Below, in pieces: positions 20,337-30,244 of a stretch of DNA of 53,943 nt. The notes beneath the pieces are model-generated. The model did not search any database and was not told the origin of the DNA. It saw only the letters and a program-made list of their open reading frames with translations. The translations under genes and the position numbers were made by a program. The stretch lies in the IMG/VR virus record IMGVR_UViG_2869947659_000002; one strand, given 5' to 3'. Every line of letters begins with the position of its first letter. Positions within the stretch are counted from its first letter, which is position 1. The DNA comes from a virus (Duplodnaviria > Heunggongvirae > Uroviricota > Caudoviricetes).

Positions 20337-21842
20337 TCATGGCAGGGCCATGAGCATTTTCACGTCCGCATCACCGTCTGCTGACGTCTGTGACACGCCA
20401 CCCCGCACCGCTGCCGGTGAATGATTCGCCATGAAATGTTCAAACAGGGCGGTTGTGGATGCAGAGACCGGTTCGGCCTTACCTGATCCCGCAGCCAGCA
20501 CAGCCCGGGCGTTCTCCACGGTCATTCCCGGGCAGGCCGCCAGTTTTTCAGCCTGCGCTTCTGCCCCTTTTGCCTCATCCAGGGCCATGATCTGATCACG
20601 AAGTGAGGGCCCGGCATTCGCCTGCGGTGAGGCAGCCAAGATCGGGCGGGCTTTTTCCACCGTCATCTCCGGCATCGCCGCCAGCGTTGCCGCCAGTTGT
20701 TCACGACCTTTCGCTTCTTCACACGCCATAATGCGATCGGCTTCACTCTGCGCGGATGCCACCGGCTGCTGTGGTGCCGCCGCGGCCAGAATCGCCCGGG
20801 CCTGTTCAATGCTCATGCCCTGTTGTCCTGCCAGCATCGTGGCAAGCTGTTCACGTCCTTTCGCTTCCTGACACGTCAGGATCCCCATCACTCGCTGGTT
20901 CTCCTGCACGGCAGCTTCCGTTGCAGTTAATTGCGGCATAGTGCCTCCTGTATCATGAGTGTTCAGCGCCGCAGCCATCACGCTGATGGCATCCGACGCA
21001 TTGATTAATTCATCCGCCAGTCCGGCCTTAATAGCGGACTGACCTTCAAAAACGGCAGCCTCTGTCCCCGTGACAGCTTCCACAGACAGCCCCGTATACA
21101 TCGCCACTTTTTCGGCAAACATCCGGTGCGCCGCATCAACCCGCTGCTGCATGTCCTGACGCACCTCTGCCGATAAGGCTTCAAACTGATTGCCATCCAC
21201 CTTGTGCGCCCCGGCATAAATCAGCGTGATATCCACCCCGGCCTGCGCCAGATGACCGGCATAGCTGACATGGCTCATCATCACGCCAATGGAGCCGATA
21301 CGGGATGTCTGGGTAACCAGCCGTCGGGAGCAGGCCGACGCCAGCAGCATGGCTGCAGAACAGGCCGTGTCATTGCACAGTGCCCAGACCGGCTTCTGCT
21401 GACGGAGGCGGTAAATCATGTCAGCGCAGTCAAACGCGCCGGCGGCCTGCCCGCCCGGACTGTCAATGTCCAGCAGTACGCCCCGCACCTGGCTATCTGC
21501 CATTGCCTGCTGAAGACAGGCGACAATGCCGTCATAGCCTGTCATTCCGGAAAATGGCCGCATACCGCCCAGCCGGTGCACCAGCGTGCCGGTCACCGGC
21601 AGTACAGCAATACCGTTCACCACCCGGTAAACACGGGCCGGTCGTTTACCTCCGGCCATGTACTCGTCCGTTTCAGCCAGCATTCCGGGAGCATCAAGCT
21701 GTACCTGTTGTTGTGGTACCGAAAGACTTGCTGCCCCCATCTCGCGCCCGAGCGCGCAAAAGAAAACCCGCGCATAGGCGGGCTCCAGAAGCAGCGGTTC
21801 ATTGAATGCTGCGGCAATAATGTGTGAAAGATTACGTCTCAC
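20337..21842 (-). CDS. C: capsid assembly protease C (S49 family), with nested scaffold Nu3 region
   Basis: 501 aa; ClpP/SppA-like segment VLLDIDSPGGQAAGAFDCADMI; Ala/Glu-rich C-terminal scaffold region; true start uncertain. Confidence 0.85.
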   Translation of the reverse strand: MRRNLSHIIAAAFNEPLLLEPAYARVFFCALGREMGAASLSVPQQQVQLDAPGMLAETDEYMAGGKRPARVYRVVNGIAVLPVTGTLVHRLGGMRPFSGMTGYDGIVACLQQAMADSQVRGVLLDIDSPGGQAAGAFDCADMIYRLRQQKPVWALCNDTACSAAMLLASACSRRLVTQTSRIGSIGVMMSHVSYAGHLAQAGVDITLIYAGAHKVDGNQFEALSAEVRQDMQQRVDAAHRMFAEKVAMYTGLSVEAVTGTEAAVFEGQSAIKAGLADELINASDAISVMAAALNTHDTGGTMPQLTATEAAVQENQRVMGILTCQEAKGREQLATMLAGQQGMSIEQARAILAAAAPQQPVASAQSEADRIMACEEAKGREQLAATLAAMPEMTVEKARPILAASPQANAGPSLRDQIMALDEAKGAEAQAEKLAACPGMTVENARAVLAAGSGKAEPVSASTTALFEHFMANHSPAAVRGGVSQTSADGDADVKMLMALP

Positions 21843-23424
21843 GTGGTGTTGTCTCCTCTTCCGGCCTGCGACTCTCCGCTATCTGCTGCTGATACGCCTG
21901 CGCTATCCACACCGGGCGTGAGAGTCCGGCTTTTTCCCGCTCTGCAGATTCCCTGACCTGCTGGCGGAAAATGTCCTGATAATCCTCGCCCATCAGCGCC
22001 AGCTCTTTCTCATACGTGCTCAGTCCGGCCTCAATGCGCATCACTGATTCCTGAACCTCCTTGAGCCCGTCAATGGCCATTCTTCCGGCTCCAATCCACT
22101 CAGCCCGTGACCAGGCTGATCGCGCCTGATAAAAATCAAACCGTGCCCGTGGCGGACGAATAATCCCCCGAAGAAGTGCCTCTTCCAGCCAGCAGGAAAA
22201 CATCTGCGTGGCCAGCCGGGACGCAATAAATTTTCGCCGCCCCATAAAATAGCGCCACGACTCATTGGCGGATGCGCGGGCACTTGAGTAACTGACCTTC
22301 GAGTAATCACGGGACAACTGTTCGTAGGAAACGCCAAGACCGGCGGCGATATACCGCAGCAGCGCCTGTTCAAGCGCCGAAAATCCATTGTCTGAATCCT
22401 GCGCGGTCTGAAGTTTCAGATCATCACCGGGGAAAAGGTGCGGAATTTTGACACCGCCCAGCGTCACGCTATTCGTGTCATACCAGGTGGAGAACTTATC
22501 CAGAATATTAATAAGCGGATTATCCTTCTGCCCCTGCGGCGCACCGGCGATATATTCAAAGGCCTTTTCGGTATCAAGGTCACTTTCAATCGTCGCTGCA
22601 TACATCGCCTTCACTATGGCCGACTGAAGCTGTGTTGCCTGCAGGGAATCCAGCATCTTCAGCCGTTCCATAACGCTGTAAAACTGATTGGCTCCACGGG
22701 TCTGCCCGTCCTCCACCGGCTCGAAAATATGCAGCATGGCCGGACGCCCGGTGGGTAGTTCACGCGGGATCCGTTCCCATCGTCCACTCCCGGAGCGAGG
22801 AAAATCATCCTCACAGATATGGTACGCAACGGCACGGCCATATCGATCAACCTCCACACCGGCCCGCAGAAAACGGTTCCCGATACCGTGTCCTGGCGTG
22901 TCCACCCGTTTCGGACTCACGGCTTTAAAACGCGTACGAAACAGTTGCGTACTCTCCGTATCCCAGACCGGCTGCACAAAGATTTCGCCGTTAAACGCAT
23001 GAACGCCCACACCTTCACGGATAAATTCCGTAAACGTGCGTTTCCCTTCCACGTCGATCTCACCAAACATCCCTTCTGCGTATTCTGACCAGGCCGCCTC
23101 CACCTCATCGACAAAACTTTTTGCCGCGGTCTCCCGCATCCCCAGCCAGCGCCAGTTCGGACGGTAGCTAATCAGAAACATATGCCCGACAATGTGATCC
23201 TTATGCAGGGCCACCGCATTGGCCGCTATTCCGTTATTGCGCACCAGATCATCTGCACGGGCATTCCCCAGACGCAACGCGGGCAGCAGGGCCGCATCGG
23301 CACTCTGCGAGGGTGGCAACCACTCTGCCATTTGCCCGCCAAATCCTGCACCGCCACCGGTGTAGCTGAGGCTCTCCCGAAGCGGAACGCCGTTCACATC
23401 AATCAGGACAGGCGTTCGTTTCAT
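21832..23424 (-). CDS. B: portal protein B
   Basis: 530 aa, lambda gpB-like. Confidence 0.95.
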   Translation of the reverse strand: MKRTPVLIDVNGVPLRESLSYTGGGAGFGGQMAEWLPPSQSADAALLPALRLGNARADDLVRNNGIAANAVALHKDHIVGHMFLISYRPNWRWLGMRETAAKSFVDEVEAAWSEYAEGMFGEIDVEGKRTFTEFIREGVGVHAFNGEIFVQPVWDTESTQLFRTRFKAVSPKRVDTPGHGIGNRFLRAGVEVDRYGRAVAYHICEDDFPRSGSGRWERIPRELPTGRPAMLHIFEPVEDGQTRGANQFYSVMERLKMLDSLQATQLQSAIVKAMYAATIESDLDTEKAFEYIAGAPQGQKDNPLINILDKFSTWYDTNSVTLGGVKIPHLFPGDDLKLQTAQDSDNGFSALEQALLRYIAAGLGVSYEQLSRDYSKVSYSSARASANESWRYFMGRRKFIASRLATQMFSCWLEEALLRGIIRPPRARFDFYQARSAWSRAEWIGAGRMAIDGLKEVQESVMRIEAGLSTYEKELALMGEDYQDIFRQQVRESAEREKAGLSRPVWIAQAYQQQIAESRRPEEETTPRET

Positions 23425-23627
23425 AACCTCACTCCCAGCGGACGACGGCGACGGCGGGTTGTCCCCAGTACCGACTCCGCATCATTGATCGCCCGGTTAA
23501 GCTCATCCAGAGAAGCTGCCGTATATTCAATTCTGCGACCATCTTTCTGGACAGACACCACCCGTTTACCGGTTAATAAATCAAGGCGCGCCTGACGCAG
23601 CGCCTGCAGTTCAGCGACTGTAACCAT
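23421..23627 (-). CDS. W: head-tail joining protein W
   Basis: 68 aa (...LLTGKRVVSVQKDGRRIEYTAASLDEL...), lambda gpW-like. Confidence 0.85.
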   Translation of the reverse strand: MVTVAELQALRQARLDLLTGKRVVSVQKDGRRIEYTAASLDELNRAINDAESVLGTTRRRRRPLGVRL

Positions 23628-25539
23628 TCACTCCTCCGGACAGCTTCGCTGCCAGTTCTTTAAGGGTTGGCCGGGTCGTCTCTTCTTCCCGGGATTTTGC
23701 CAGTACAGCCAGATCAAGCTGCCAGCGTTGCACGGACACACGTAATGCCGCGTAGGCATACACCAGGCAGTCCAGCGCTTCGTTACGCCGCTTTTTGTTA
23801 TCCCACAGCAGACGCATCTTTCCTTTTTCCCACTTCTCCACAAGCTCTTCCGCCACCAGTTGCTGCGCCTCTGTCTGCGAAAAAATCTCCGGATCATCAG
23901 GAAAACGGATGGCATACGACGTGGCTTCATCCGCAGGCGTGGGATCGGCTTTCATACGGGCATAGAGAATTTCTTTTGCGGTGTCCGTCCCCACTTCGCA
24001 CAGATACACGCCCCGCTGATTGCGGGTTTTTGGCATGGTGATCACCGGCTTGCCATAAACAGATGCACCTTTTACCGGCAGCACCCGGAAAACACCGTGT
24101 TTTTTTGACCTCTGATAGACAATTTCGCCATCGATCCCCCCGGTGTCCCAGCAGACACGGGAAATGGTCATTTCGGTTCCGTCTGCATGGCGGTATTTTT
24201 TGTTGATCGCCACATCCACACGTAACAGCGTCTCTTCCTCATCGGGACGCCCCATAATGATGATTTTATCCACCAGAAAGGCTTCCTCTCCCGGAGCCCA
24301 TCCCCAGACATACATCTCAAAACGGTTTCGCTGCGAGTCAATGCCCGCCGTCAGATAAACCACCCGGGAAGGCACCGCAGCCGTGTAACGCACAACCTTA
24401 TCCATCAGCACCTGGTGATCGAGTTTTTCGCCCACGGCCTCTTCCCAGGTCTCGCCCAGCGTGGTGTTCACAAAGGTTTTCAGGCCGTTGGGATCTTTCA
24501 GTGCATCCAGCCAGTCATAGACAATCTGTACCCAGGTGGTGAACGGACTGTACGCCGTCCAGATATGGAATGTGATGGAGCGCGGCGGCGGAATTTCATT
24601 ATCCGCGGCGCTGAAAAATGTCAGACCGTCACGAGTCCACATGCCCGTGTTTTCACAGATCCACCGCCCATTACTCTGGTCAAGCTCAGACTGATGGATC
24701 ACACAGCCATGATGCTCACAAAGGTAGAAAACACTTTCTGGCTTATTCTTCTCCCACTTAAGACCGAAAGGCGAGGCATCATCGCCAAATTTCAGATACT
24801 GCTCCTCCCCACAGTGCGGACAGGGCACATAAAAACGCATGAAATGTGCCGACTCGTTAGCGGCTTTTTCGATCTGGCAGGAGCCTTTGATTTTAGGCGT
24901 CGAGCCGCGAATGGATTTTGGCCATACAGAGCCCTCAATACGTTTATCCCCCAGCAGGGTTGGCGAACCCTCTTTTTCAACATCCGGTTCGAACGAGGAA
25001 AGCTCGTCATAACAAACCACATCCACGGATTTTTCACGGTAGTTTTTTGCTGCCGCTCCCCCCAGACACCAGAAACCCACACCGGAGGAAAAACGCTTCA
25101 GGGTGAGCGTATTATCGCGGTGTTTTCTTCCGAACCATGGAGCCAGCTCCAGCAATGCAGGAACATCCCTTATCGTTGGCTCAACATGAGATTTCATAAA
25201 ATCTTCAGCAGCTGAGTCCGTGGGCTGAAAAAGAAGGCTGTTGCGTGATTTATGCTCAATAAAATAAGCCTCCACTCCCAGCAACATCTTTGTATAACCA
25301 ACACGGGCAGATTTAATCAGGTTAACAGTGCGAATCAAATCGTTGCCCATACAGTTCATGATGCCAACCTGAAACGGCAGTGTTTCCCACCGCCCCGGGG
25401 TATAAGACGACTCTTTAGGAAGGTAATAATGTTTATTGGCCCACTGAACTGTCGTCAGTGGAACAGGAATAATGAGAGATAAAAGCCCTGTAGCTATCGC
25501 ACCGGCTGCATTAGCTGCCTTCTGTGCGTCTGAAATCAT
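23611..25539 (-). CDS. A: terminase large subunit A
   Basis: Lambda gpA-like ([20 protein letters not shown]..., [12 protein letters not shown]...); start at ATG 25539 (MISDAQK) gives ~642 aa and a Nu1 overlap as in lambda; six-frame ORF extends to 25581. Confidence 0.95.
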   Translation of the reverse strand: MISDAQKAANAAGAIATGLLSLIIPVPLTTVQWANKHYYLPKESSYTPGRWETLPFQVGIMNCMGNDLIRTVNLIKSARVGYTKMLLGVEAYFIEHKSRNSLLFQPTDSAAEDFMKSHVEPTIRDVPALLELAPWFGRKHRDNTLTLKRFSSGVGFWCLGGAAAKNYREKSVDVVCYDELSSFEPDVEKEGSPTLLGDKRIEGSVWPKSIRGSTPKIKGSCQIEKAANESAHFMRFYVPCPHCGEEQYLKFGDDASPFGLKWEKNKPESVFYLCEHHGCVIHQSELDQSNGRWICENTGMWTRDGLTFFSAADNEIPPPRSITFHIWTAYSPFTTWVQIVYDWLDALKDPNGLKTFVNTTLGETWEEAVGEKLDHQVLMDKVVRYTAAVPSRVVYLTAGIDSQRNRFEMYVWGWAPGEEAFLVDKIIIMGRPDEEETLLRVDVAINKKYRHADGTEMTISRVCWDTGGIDGEIVYQRSKKHGVFRVLPVKGASVYGKPVITMPKTRNQRGVYLCEVGTDTAKEILYARMKADPTPADEATSYAIRFPDDPEIFSQTEAQQLVAEELVEKWEKGKMRLLWDNKKRRNEALDCLVYAYAALRVSVQRWQLDLAVLAKSREEETTRPTLKELAAKLSGGVNGYSR

Positions 25540-26059
25540 CGATCCACCCGCCCACGTTTTCACCGGCCTTAGCTGCAACATTGGAGGCTTTCGCGATTTC
25601 AGTTTTCACCACATCAAGGTGTGATGGTGAAATGTCCGGATATTTACGCTGTAATGTCAACGGCACACGCACAAGTATCCCCGAAATCTCCTGTGCCACA
25701 CGTTGCAGAATGAAGGTAAACAGTTCAGTTTTCAGCACCACTCCGTCTTCACGGGCATTTTTCAGTTCCTGCGCATCTGCCTGCGCTTTTGTGAGCCGGT
25801 AGCGTTCATAGTCAATGGTGCCGGGTTGTAAATCTGACTCCGCTGCCGCACGCAAATCGGCCAGTTCTTTGCGGAGCTTTTCGTTTTCGATATCAGTTTC
25901 CCTCTGCGCATACCACTGAATTGCCATGGCAGTATCAAATACAGATTCAATGCCCTTACTGCCTTTGGAGACGCAAGGGAGCCCCTGAGACTGCCAGCGT
26001 TCAATCGTCCGCGGGTCCACGTTAAAAATTTCGGCAAGCCTCTTTTTATTAACCTTCAT
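25511..26059 (-). CDS. nu1: terminase small subunit Nu1
   Basis: From [28 protein letters not shown]...; lambda Nu1-like HTH and ...[29 protein letters not shown]... Confidence 0.9.
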   Translation of the reverse strand: MKVNKKRLAEIFNVDPRTIERWQSQGLPCVSKGSKGIESVFDTAMAIQWYAQRETDIENEKLRKELADLRAAAESDLQPGTIDYERYRLTKAQADAQELKNAREDGVVLKTELFTFILQRVAQEISGILVRVPLTLQRKYPDISPSHLDVVKTEIAKASNVAAKAGENVGGWIDDFRRTEGS

Positions 26060-26233
26060 AGAACAACCCATTATCAAATACAAGGCCCGACATGAAAACG
26101 CCAGAAAAAGGCATTTTCGGACACTTTCATGTCGGACATTTATGAATGCAATATTAAAAAAAACAAAAAGTTATATTCGAGAAGTACCGACACGATTTTC
26201 CCTGAAAAATTTTCATAAATAGTGAAAAACCGC

Positions 26234-26245
26234 GAGGTCGCCGCC
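26234..26245. other. cosN cohesive-end site (12-nt lambda-type)
   Basis: Minus strand reads ...GTTACGGGGCGGCGACCTCGCGG..., matching the lambda cos sequence GGGCGGCGACCT just upstream of Nu1. Confidence 0.8.
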
Positions 26246-26469
26246 CCGTAACGATCTGGATCACAGGAAAGGACCCGCCAACGACTTTCGCGTGCAGGCA
26301 TTAAAAATTTTGCAGTTCCATGCCTAGTTGAAACCTCGATTTCTATAACATCCAATTTTGTAAATTTAGATATAGCTCAACTTTTCCCAATGTTTTCAAG
26401 TGTATAAAAACAATTGGCGTTACGCCATAACACTATACTTAGGATAAGTAAAGATTTTAAGGAGTTTTA

Positions 26470-27537
26470 ATGAGTCAACATCAATATTATCCACAGCTGA
26501 AATGGAAGCCTGCTGAATATGAATCTCTGATGCTTTTAGATCAAACTACGCTCTCTGGTTTTACTCCGATCATTACCATTCCAGACATAGACTGGGATTA
26601 TGAAAACGAATGCTACAAGAAGAATTTGAGTTCTTACTTATCTGACTTCGGTATTAACCTTGCGGCATCCTGGAAAGCCAATCGTCCTGTTTTGCTGGAT
26701 GTTAAATATTTAGATAAACATGGTTCGAGCCGCCATCATCCTCTAGATATGTGTATCCAAGATGCTAGAGTAAATGGTAAGGAAATTATCCCTGTTGTTT
26801 CTCCCGCATATTCAACAAACTATATACATGCTGTTCAACGCAACTTAATCAATGGGCTCGCTATATCTATCACCCCCCAGACATGGCACCAATTCACAAG
26901 TCTGGTTAACCACTTAAATATTCATCCTAGTTTAATTGATGTAATCATTGATTTTGGAGATATTCAAAACGCAACTGATAGTTTAAAACAACAAGCATTA
27001 AGCATGGTCAACACATTATCAGGCCAAGCTCCGTGGAGAAACTTGATTTTATCTTCAACCGCATACCCGGCATCACAGGCAGGGATACCGCAACATCAAG
27101 TTCATCATATTCCGCGCCATGAATACGATCTTTGGATGTACGTAGTACAGAATTTTAGCAATGGAAGAACGCCAAGTTTTAGTGATTATCCCACCGCTAG
27201 CTCTACCATTACGAGCGTAGACCCACGCTTCATGTCTCAGTATGTCTCAGTGAGATATTCGAACGATACCTCATGGATCTTTGTAAAAGGTACCGCAGTT
27301 AAAGGAAATGGATGGGGCCAAACTAAAAACTTATGTACTACCCTTGTTAGTTCGCCAGAGTATCAAGTCTTTGGCTCCAAATTTAGTTGGGGGGATGATT
27401 ACATTTACCAAAGATCATTAGGCGCTAACAAATCTGGCGGCTCTAAAGAATGGCGTAAAGTTGCACATACGCACCATATTACGTTAGTCGTGAGACAGCT
27501 TTATTGGTTGGCGCAGACTCAGCCTGCCAAGCCTTAA
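26470..27537 (+). CDS. hypothetical protein (355 aa), cargo gene; candidate component of a two-gene module
   Basis: ATG with AAGGAG RBS 7 nt upstream; AT-richer than phage genes; no motif I can assign; 3' end overlaps the convergent gene 27479..28099 by 59 bp. Confidence 0.7.
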   Translation: MSQHQYYPQLKWKPAEYESLMLLDQTTLSGFTPIITIPDIDWDYENECYKKNLSSYLSDFGINLAASWKANRPVLLDVKYLDKHGSSRHHPLDMCIQDARVNGKEIIPVVSPAYSTNYIHAVQRNLINGLAISITPQTWHQFTSLVNHLNIHPSLIDVIIDFGDIQNATDSLKQQALSMVNTLSGQAPWRNLILSSTAYPASQAGIPQHQVHHIPRHEYDLWMYVVQNFSNGRTPSFSDYPTASSTITSVDPRFMSQYVSVRYSNDTSWIFVKGTAVKGNGWGQTKNLCTTLVSSPEYQVFGSKFSWGDDYIYQRSLGANKSGGSKEWRKVAHTHHITLVVRQLYWLAQTQPAKP

Positions 27538-28099
27538 CTTTCCAGCCTACGCGTTTCTTTAAGGCTGTTCTGACTTCAGGCCTGAGATTCGCTATTGGAA
27601 TATTTTCCGCAATAATATTCCATAACTCAAATCGGGGCTTGCTTTTGATTCCTTTGGAATAGCCCCATCGTTCAAGTACGTCGATACATTCATCTTTCCA
27701 AAGCAATTGAGCGAGCATCAATGTGTCATGGTTTCGATTAAGCTTTTCTCCACGCATGTGCTTTATAAGAATGGCGCCTTTTGGCCCAACAGAAACCGTT
27801 TTAACGCCCCACCAACCTGGGATTAACTTTAATGCTCCCTCAAGGTGTTTCTCAGCTACGACAAGAGTAACCTTGTCCATTACAGAAGAATAATGCTTGA
27901 TTTGAAGAGGCAAACGCTCCAAAGAGTCATATTCACTTTTGAGCTCGTACCCGTGTATAACACCATTTATTACAGCAATGTCTGCTCTACTGGCGCCAAG
28001 GGATATGGAAAATTCATCGACCACAAGGCAGTCTGGATCTAAATGCGATTCTTTCAAAAGCTTATGATGCACCGCGAACCTAACATCTTGATCTTTCAT
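27479..28099 (-). CDS. hypothetical protein (206 aa) with PD-(D/E)xK-like nuclease motif
   Basis: ATG with AAGGAG RBS; segment SRADIAVINGVIHGYELKSEYD fits the D...(E)xK restriction-endonuclease-fold signature; sits at the lambda bor position. Confidence 0.7.
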   Translation of the reverse strand: MKDQDVRFAVHHKLLKESHLDPDCLVVDEFSISLGASRADIAVINGVIHGYELKSEYDSLERLPLQIKHYSSVMDKVTLVVAEKHLEGALKLIPGWWGVKTVSVGPKGAILIKHMRGEKLNRNHDTLMLAQLLWKDECIDVLERWGYSKGIKSKPRFELWNIIAENIPIANLRPEVRTALKKRVGWKVKAWQAESAPTNKAVSRLT

Positions 28100-28448
28100 G
28101 ACTTCTCCTTACTCCCTCCGTTATTGAATTATAGCGCACTGCATTTTACTGCATTTGAGAGATTTGACCACTTCAATCACAAAATGCTTATCTGCAGCAA
28201 CAAGATTCATAGCCATACGACTATGGTGATTACCTTTTGTCTGGAAAAATGACCATTCCACGAAGATCAGATAGGTCTATAGAATCTTGGTTTGTCATAG
28301 CGTTCGTCTTACTTTGAGATGAACCTTTGCTGCATAGGAGATCAGCCCGTCAAGGCTCACCAGCACTAACTGACTACTCAAAGGCTCATTCCAAAGGGTT
28401 TGGTTCGACGTGGTTGAGTGCGCTGCGGTGCGCGGTGAAATACCTGTA

Positions 28449-28480
28449 CAAAAATGCCCCGCATCTGCGAGGCATTTTCC
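28449..28480. terminator. bidirectional hairpin terminator downstream of Rz
   Basis: AAAATGCC-12 nt loop-GGCATTTT stem with A/T tracts on both sides. Confidence 0.5.
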
Positions 28481-28515
28481 TGAAAGTCACGTATTAAATT
28501 TCAGTGAAATTAAAA

Positions 28516-28989
28516 TTATTTTAAGCACTGCGTCCTGATGTACTCCTGCAGGTAGTTGACCTGAGCGGTTAACTTGTCGATTCCACTTCGGAGACGGTAA
28601 TAATTGAGTTCAGCATCTGCTGTAAGTCTTGGGCTTTCTCCATCGCCCATGCTGCTGGCTCCGGTCGTTGACTTTGCACAGGTGGCGGCGACTTGCAGGC
28701 GCTTACGCCCAGCAGAAACATCAGCACGAAGACTTTCGATAGTCGCGTTAGCATCAGCAAGCTCCTTTGTGTATCTGGCGTCGAGTTCTGCTACATCACG
28801 CTGACGCATCTGCATGTCAGTAATTGCCACGTTCGCCAGCTTCAGTTCTCTGGCATTTTTGTCGCGCTGGGCTTTGTAGGTAATGGCGTTATCGCGGTAA
28901 TGATTAACAGCCCATGACAGGCAGACGATGGTGCAGATAACCAGAGTATAAATAATCGCTGCGACTCTGCTCACTGAGCTATCCCCCAA
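28516..28989 (-). CDS. Rz: i-spanin Rz
   Basis: 157 aa with N-terminal TM, coiled-coil; immediately downstream of the lysozyme gene. Confidence 0.85.
   Translation of the reverse strand: MGDSSVSRVAAIIYTLVICTIVCLSWAVNHYRDNAITYKAQRDKNARELKLANVAITDMQMRQRDVAELDARYTKELADANATIESLRADVSAGRKRLQVAATCAKSTTGASSMGDGESPRLTADAELNYYRLRSGIDKLTAQVNYLQEYIRTQCLK
28569..28760 (-). CDS. Rz1: o-spanin Rz1 (lipoprotein embedded in Rz, +1 frame)
   Basis: 63-aa ORF inside Rz with lipobox-like LLGVSAC and Pro-rich [13 protein letters not shown]. Confidence 0.7.
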   Translation of the reverse strand: MLMLTRLSKVFVLMFLLGVSACKSPPPVQSQRPEPAAWAMEKAQDLQQMLNSIITVSEVESTS

Positions 28990-29504
28990 CAGGCTAATGC
29001 GCTTTCCTGGTCACGACGAATAACCTGTCCATAGCAGTTATTTGAACGTATGCGGCAATCGCGCCCACCATCTTTTATCCACCAGCGAATCGCCTCGCAT
29101 GCGCCCTTACGATCACCGGCATTCAGCCGCTTATAAAACGTCGACGGGAAACACTTACCGGGGCCAATGTTATAGGGACATAATGACGCTATACCCGCTT
29201 TCTGTGGTTCGGTCAGTGGTACTTTAATATTGCGCTCCACCCATGCCAGCGCCTTATCACGTTCAATAGCGTTAACCTGGTCGCATTTTTCCTTCGACAG
29301 CTTCATTCCCGGTATGACGGGCTTACCATCCACCATTGTGGCACCACGACAGATGGTCCATATACCGGAACCATCGCGGTATGCCGTAGTGTGGTTACCC
29401 TCTTTTTCATCCAGAAACTGGTCAAGTATTTGAGGAGCAGACGCGCCTGCAGCAATCAGCGCCAGAACAGCAGCTGACAGGCCGTATTTGATTTTTGCGC
29501 TCAT
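28971..29504 (-). CDS. R: phage lysozyme (endolysin, lysozyme-like fold, with N-terminal signal-anchor)
   Basis: 177 aa; hydrophobic N-terminus [14 protein letters not shown] then ...[18 protein letters not shown]... Confidence 0.9.
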   Translation of the reverse strand: MSAKIKYGLSAAVLALIAAGASAPQILDQFLDEKEGNHTTAYRDGSGIWTICRGATMVDGKPVIPGMKLSKEKCDQVNAIERDKALAWVERNIKVPLTEPQKAGIASLCPYNIGPGKCFPSTFYKRLNAGDRKGACEAIRWWIKDGGRDCRIRSNNCYGQVIRRDQESALACWGIAQ

Positions 29505-29559
29505 GGATATTTATCAGGATGCTACCAATGAAAGATACTGGAAAGCCAACTGCAAAAAG

Positions 29560-29874
29560 CTAACAACCCGTAATCGAGTTATCAGAACTGTTAATTTTTA
29601 TGGTATACCGCGCCTCTGAACAGGGGCGCGTTTCTGGCAACAGCTCGTCCCCTTCACATAACCCGGCAGCAACATCCAGGAAGACCTGTCTGATGCTCCT
29701 TCTGGCTGCTGCCTCATAAAACTCCAGCGCGGCACCTTCAACACGGTCCAGCGAGATGTCCAGGTCAAAAATTTCACCGTCAAAGCGTTTTTTGTCCCGT
29801 AACGCTAAAGTTACCGTAACTTTATTCTCAAAATTGCGGATCCCTTTCACAATCAGTTCATAGTTTTGAGTCAT
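29560..29874 (-). CDS. small phage protein between holin and lysozyme (YdfR-like by position)
   Basis: 104-aa ORF in the same position as ydfR between essQ and rrrQ in Qin; assignment from position and size only. Confidence 0.5.
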   Translation of the reverse strand: MTQNYELIVKGIRNFENKVTVTLALRDKKRFDGEIFDLDISLDRVEGAALEFYEAAARRSIRQVFLDVAAGLCEGDELLPETRPCSEARYTIKINSSDNSITGC

Positions 29875-29878
29875 TGAA

Positions 29879-30094
29879 TTACTCTCCCCGTGCAGCCTTA
29901 CGACGGTCCTCTCTGATTTTGAAATACAGGTTAGTCAGATATGTCAGCAGCCCAAACAGCAGACTCCCCAGCACGCCTATTGCCGCCCACTGAGACGGGG
30001 AAACCCTGTCCAGCAACTGCAGGAACCAGTAGCCCGTTCCCACCGCTGACGTGGTGTATGACACACCTGTTGTGATTTTTTCCATCTGGTACAT
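29879..30094 (-). CDS. S: holin (phage 21 S-type pinholin family), dual-start motif
   Basis: [71 protein letters not shown]; two TM segments; Met1 and Met4 dual start; six-frame ORF extends to 30172. Confidence 0.85.
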   Translation of the reverse strand: MYQMEKITTGVSYTTSAVGTGYWFLQLLDRVSPSQWAAIGVLGSLLFGLLTYLTNLYFKIREDRRKAARGE

Positions 30095-30244
30095 ACCCCG
30101 TCTCCCGTTATCCGGAAGCTGACAACAATAAAAAAAGCCACCAGTTAAGTACTGATGGCTCTGATAACTCATGCAGGCATCTCAGACGACCCACTGACAC
30201 TACCGGTGAGTTTAACGATACCTTCCATTTGACTGGCTCACTTT

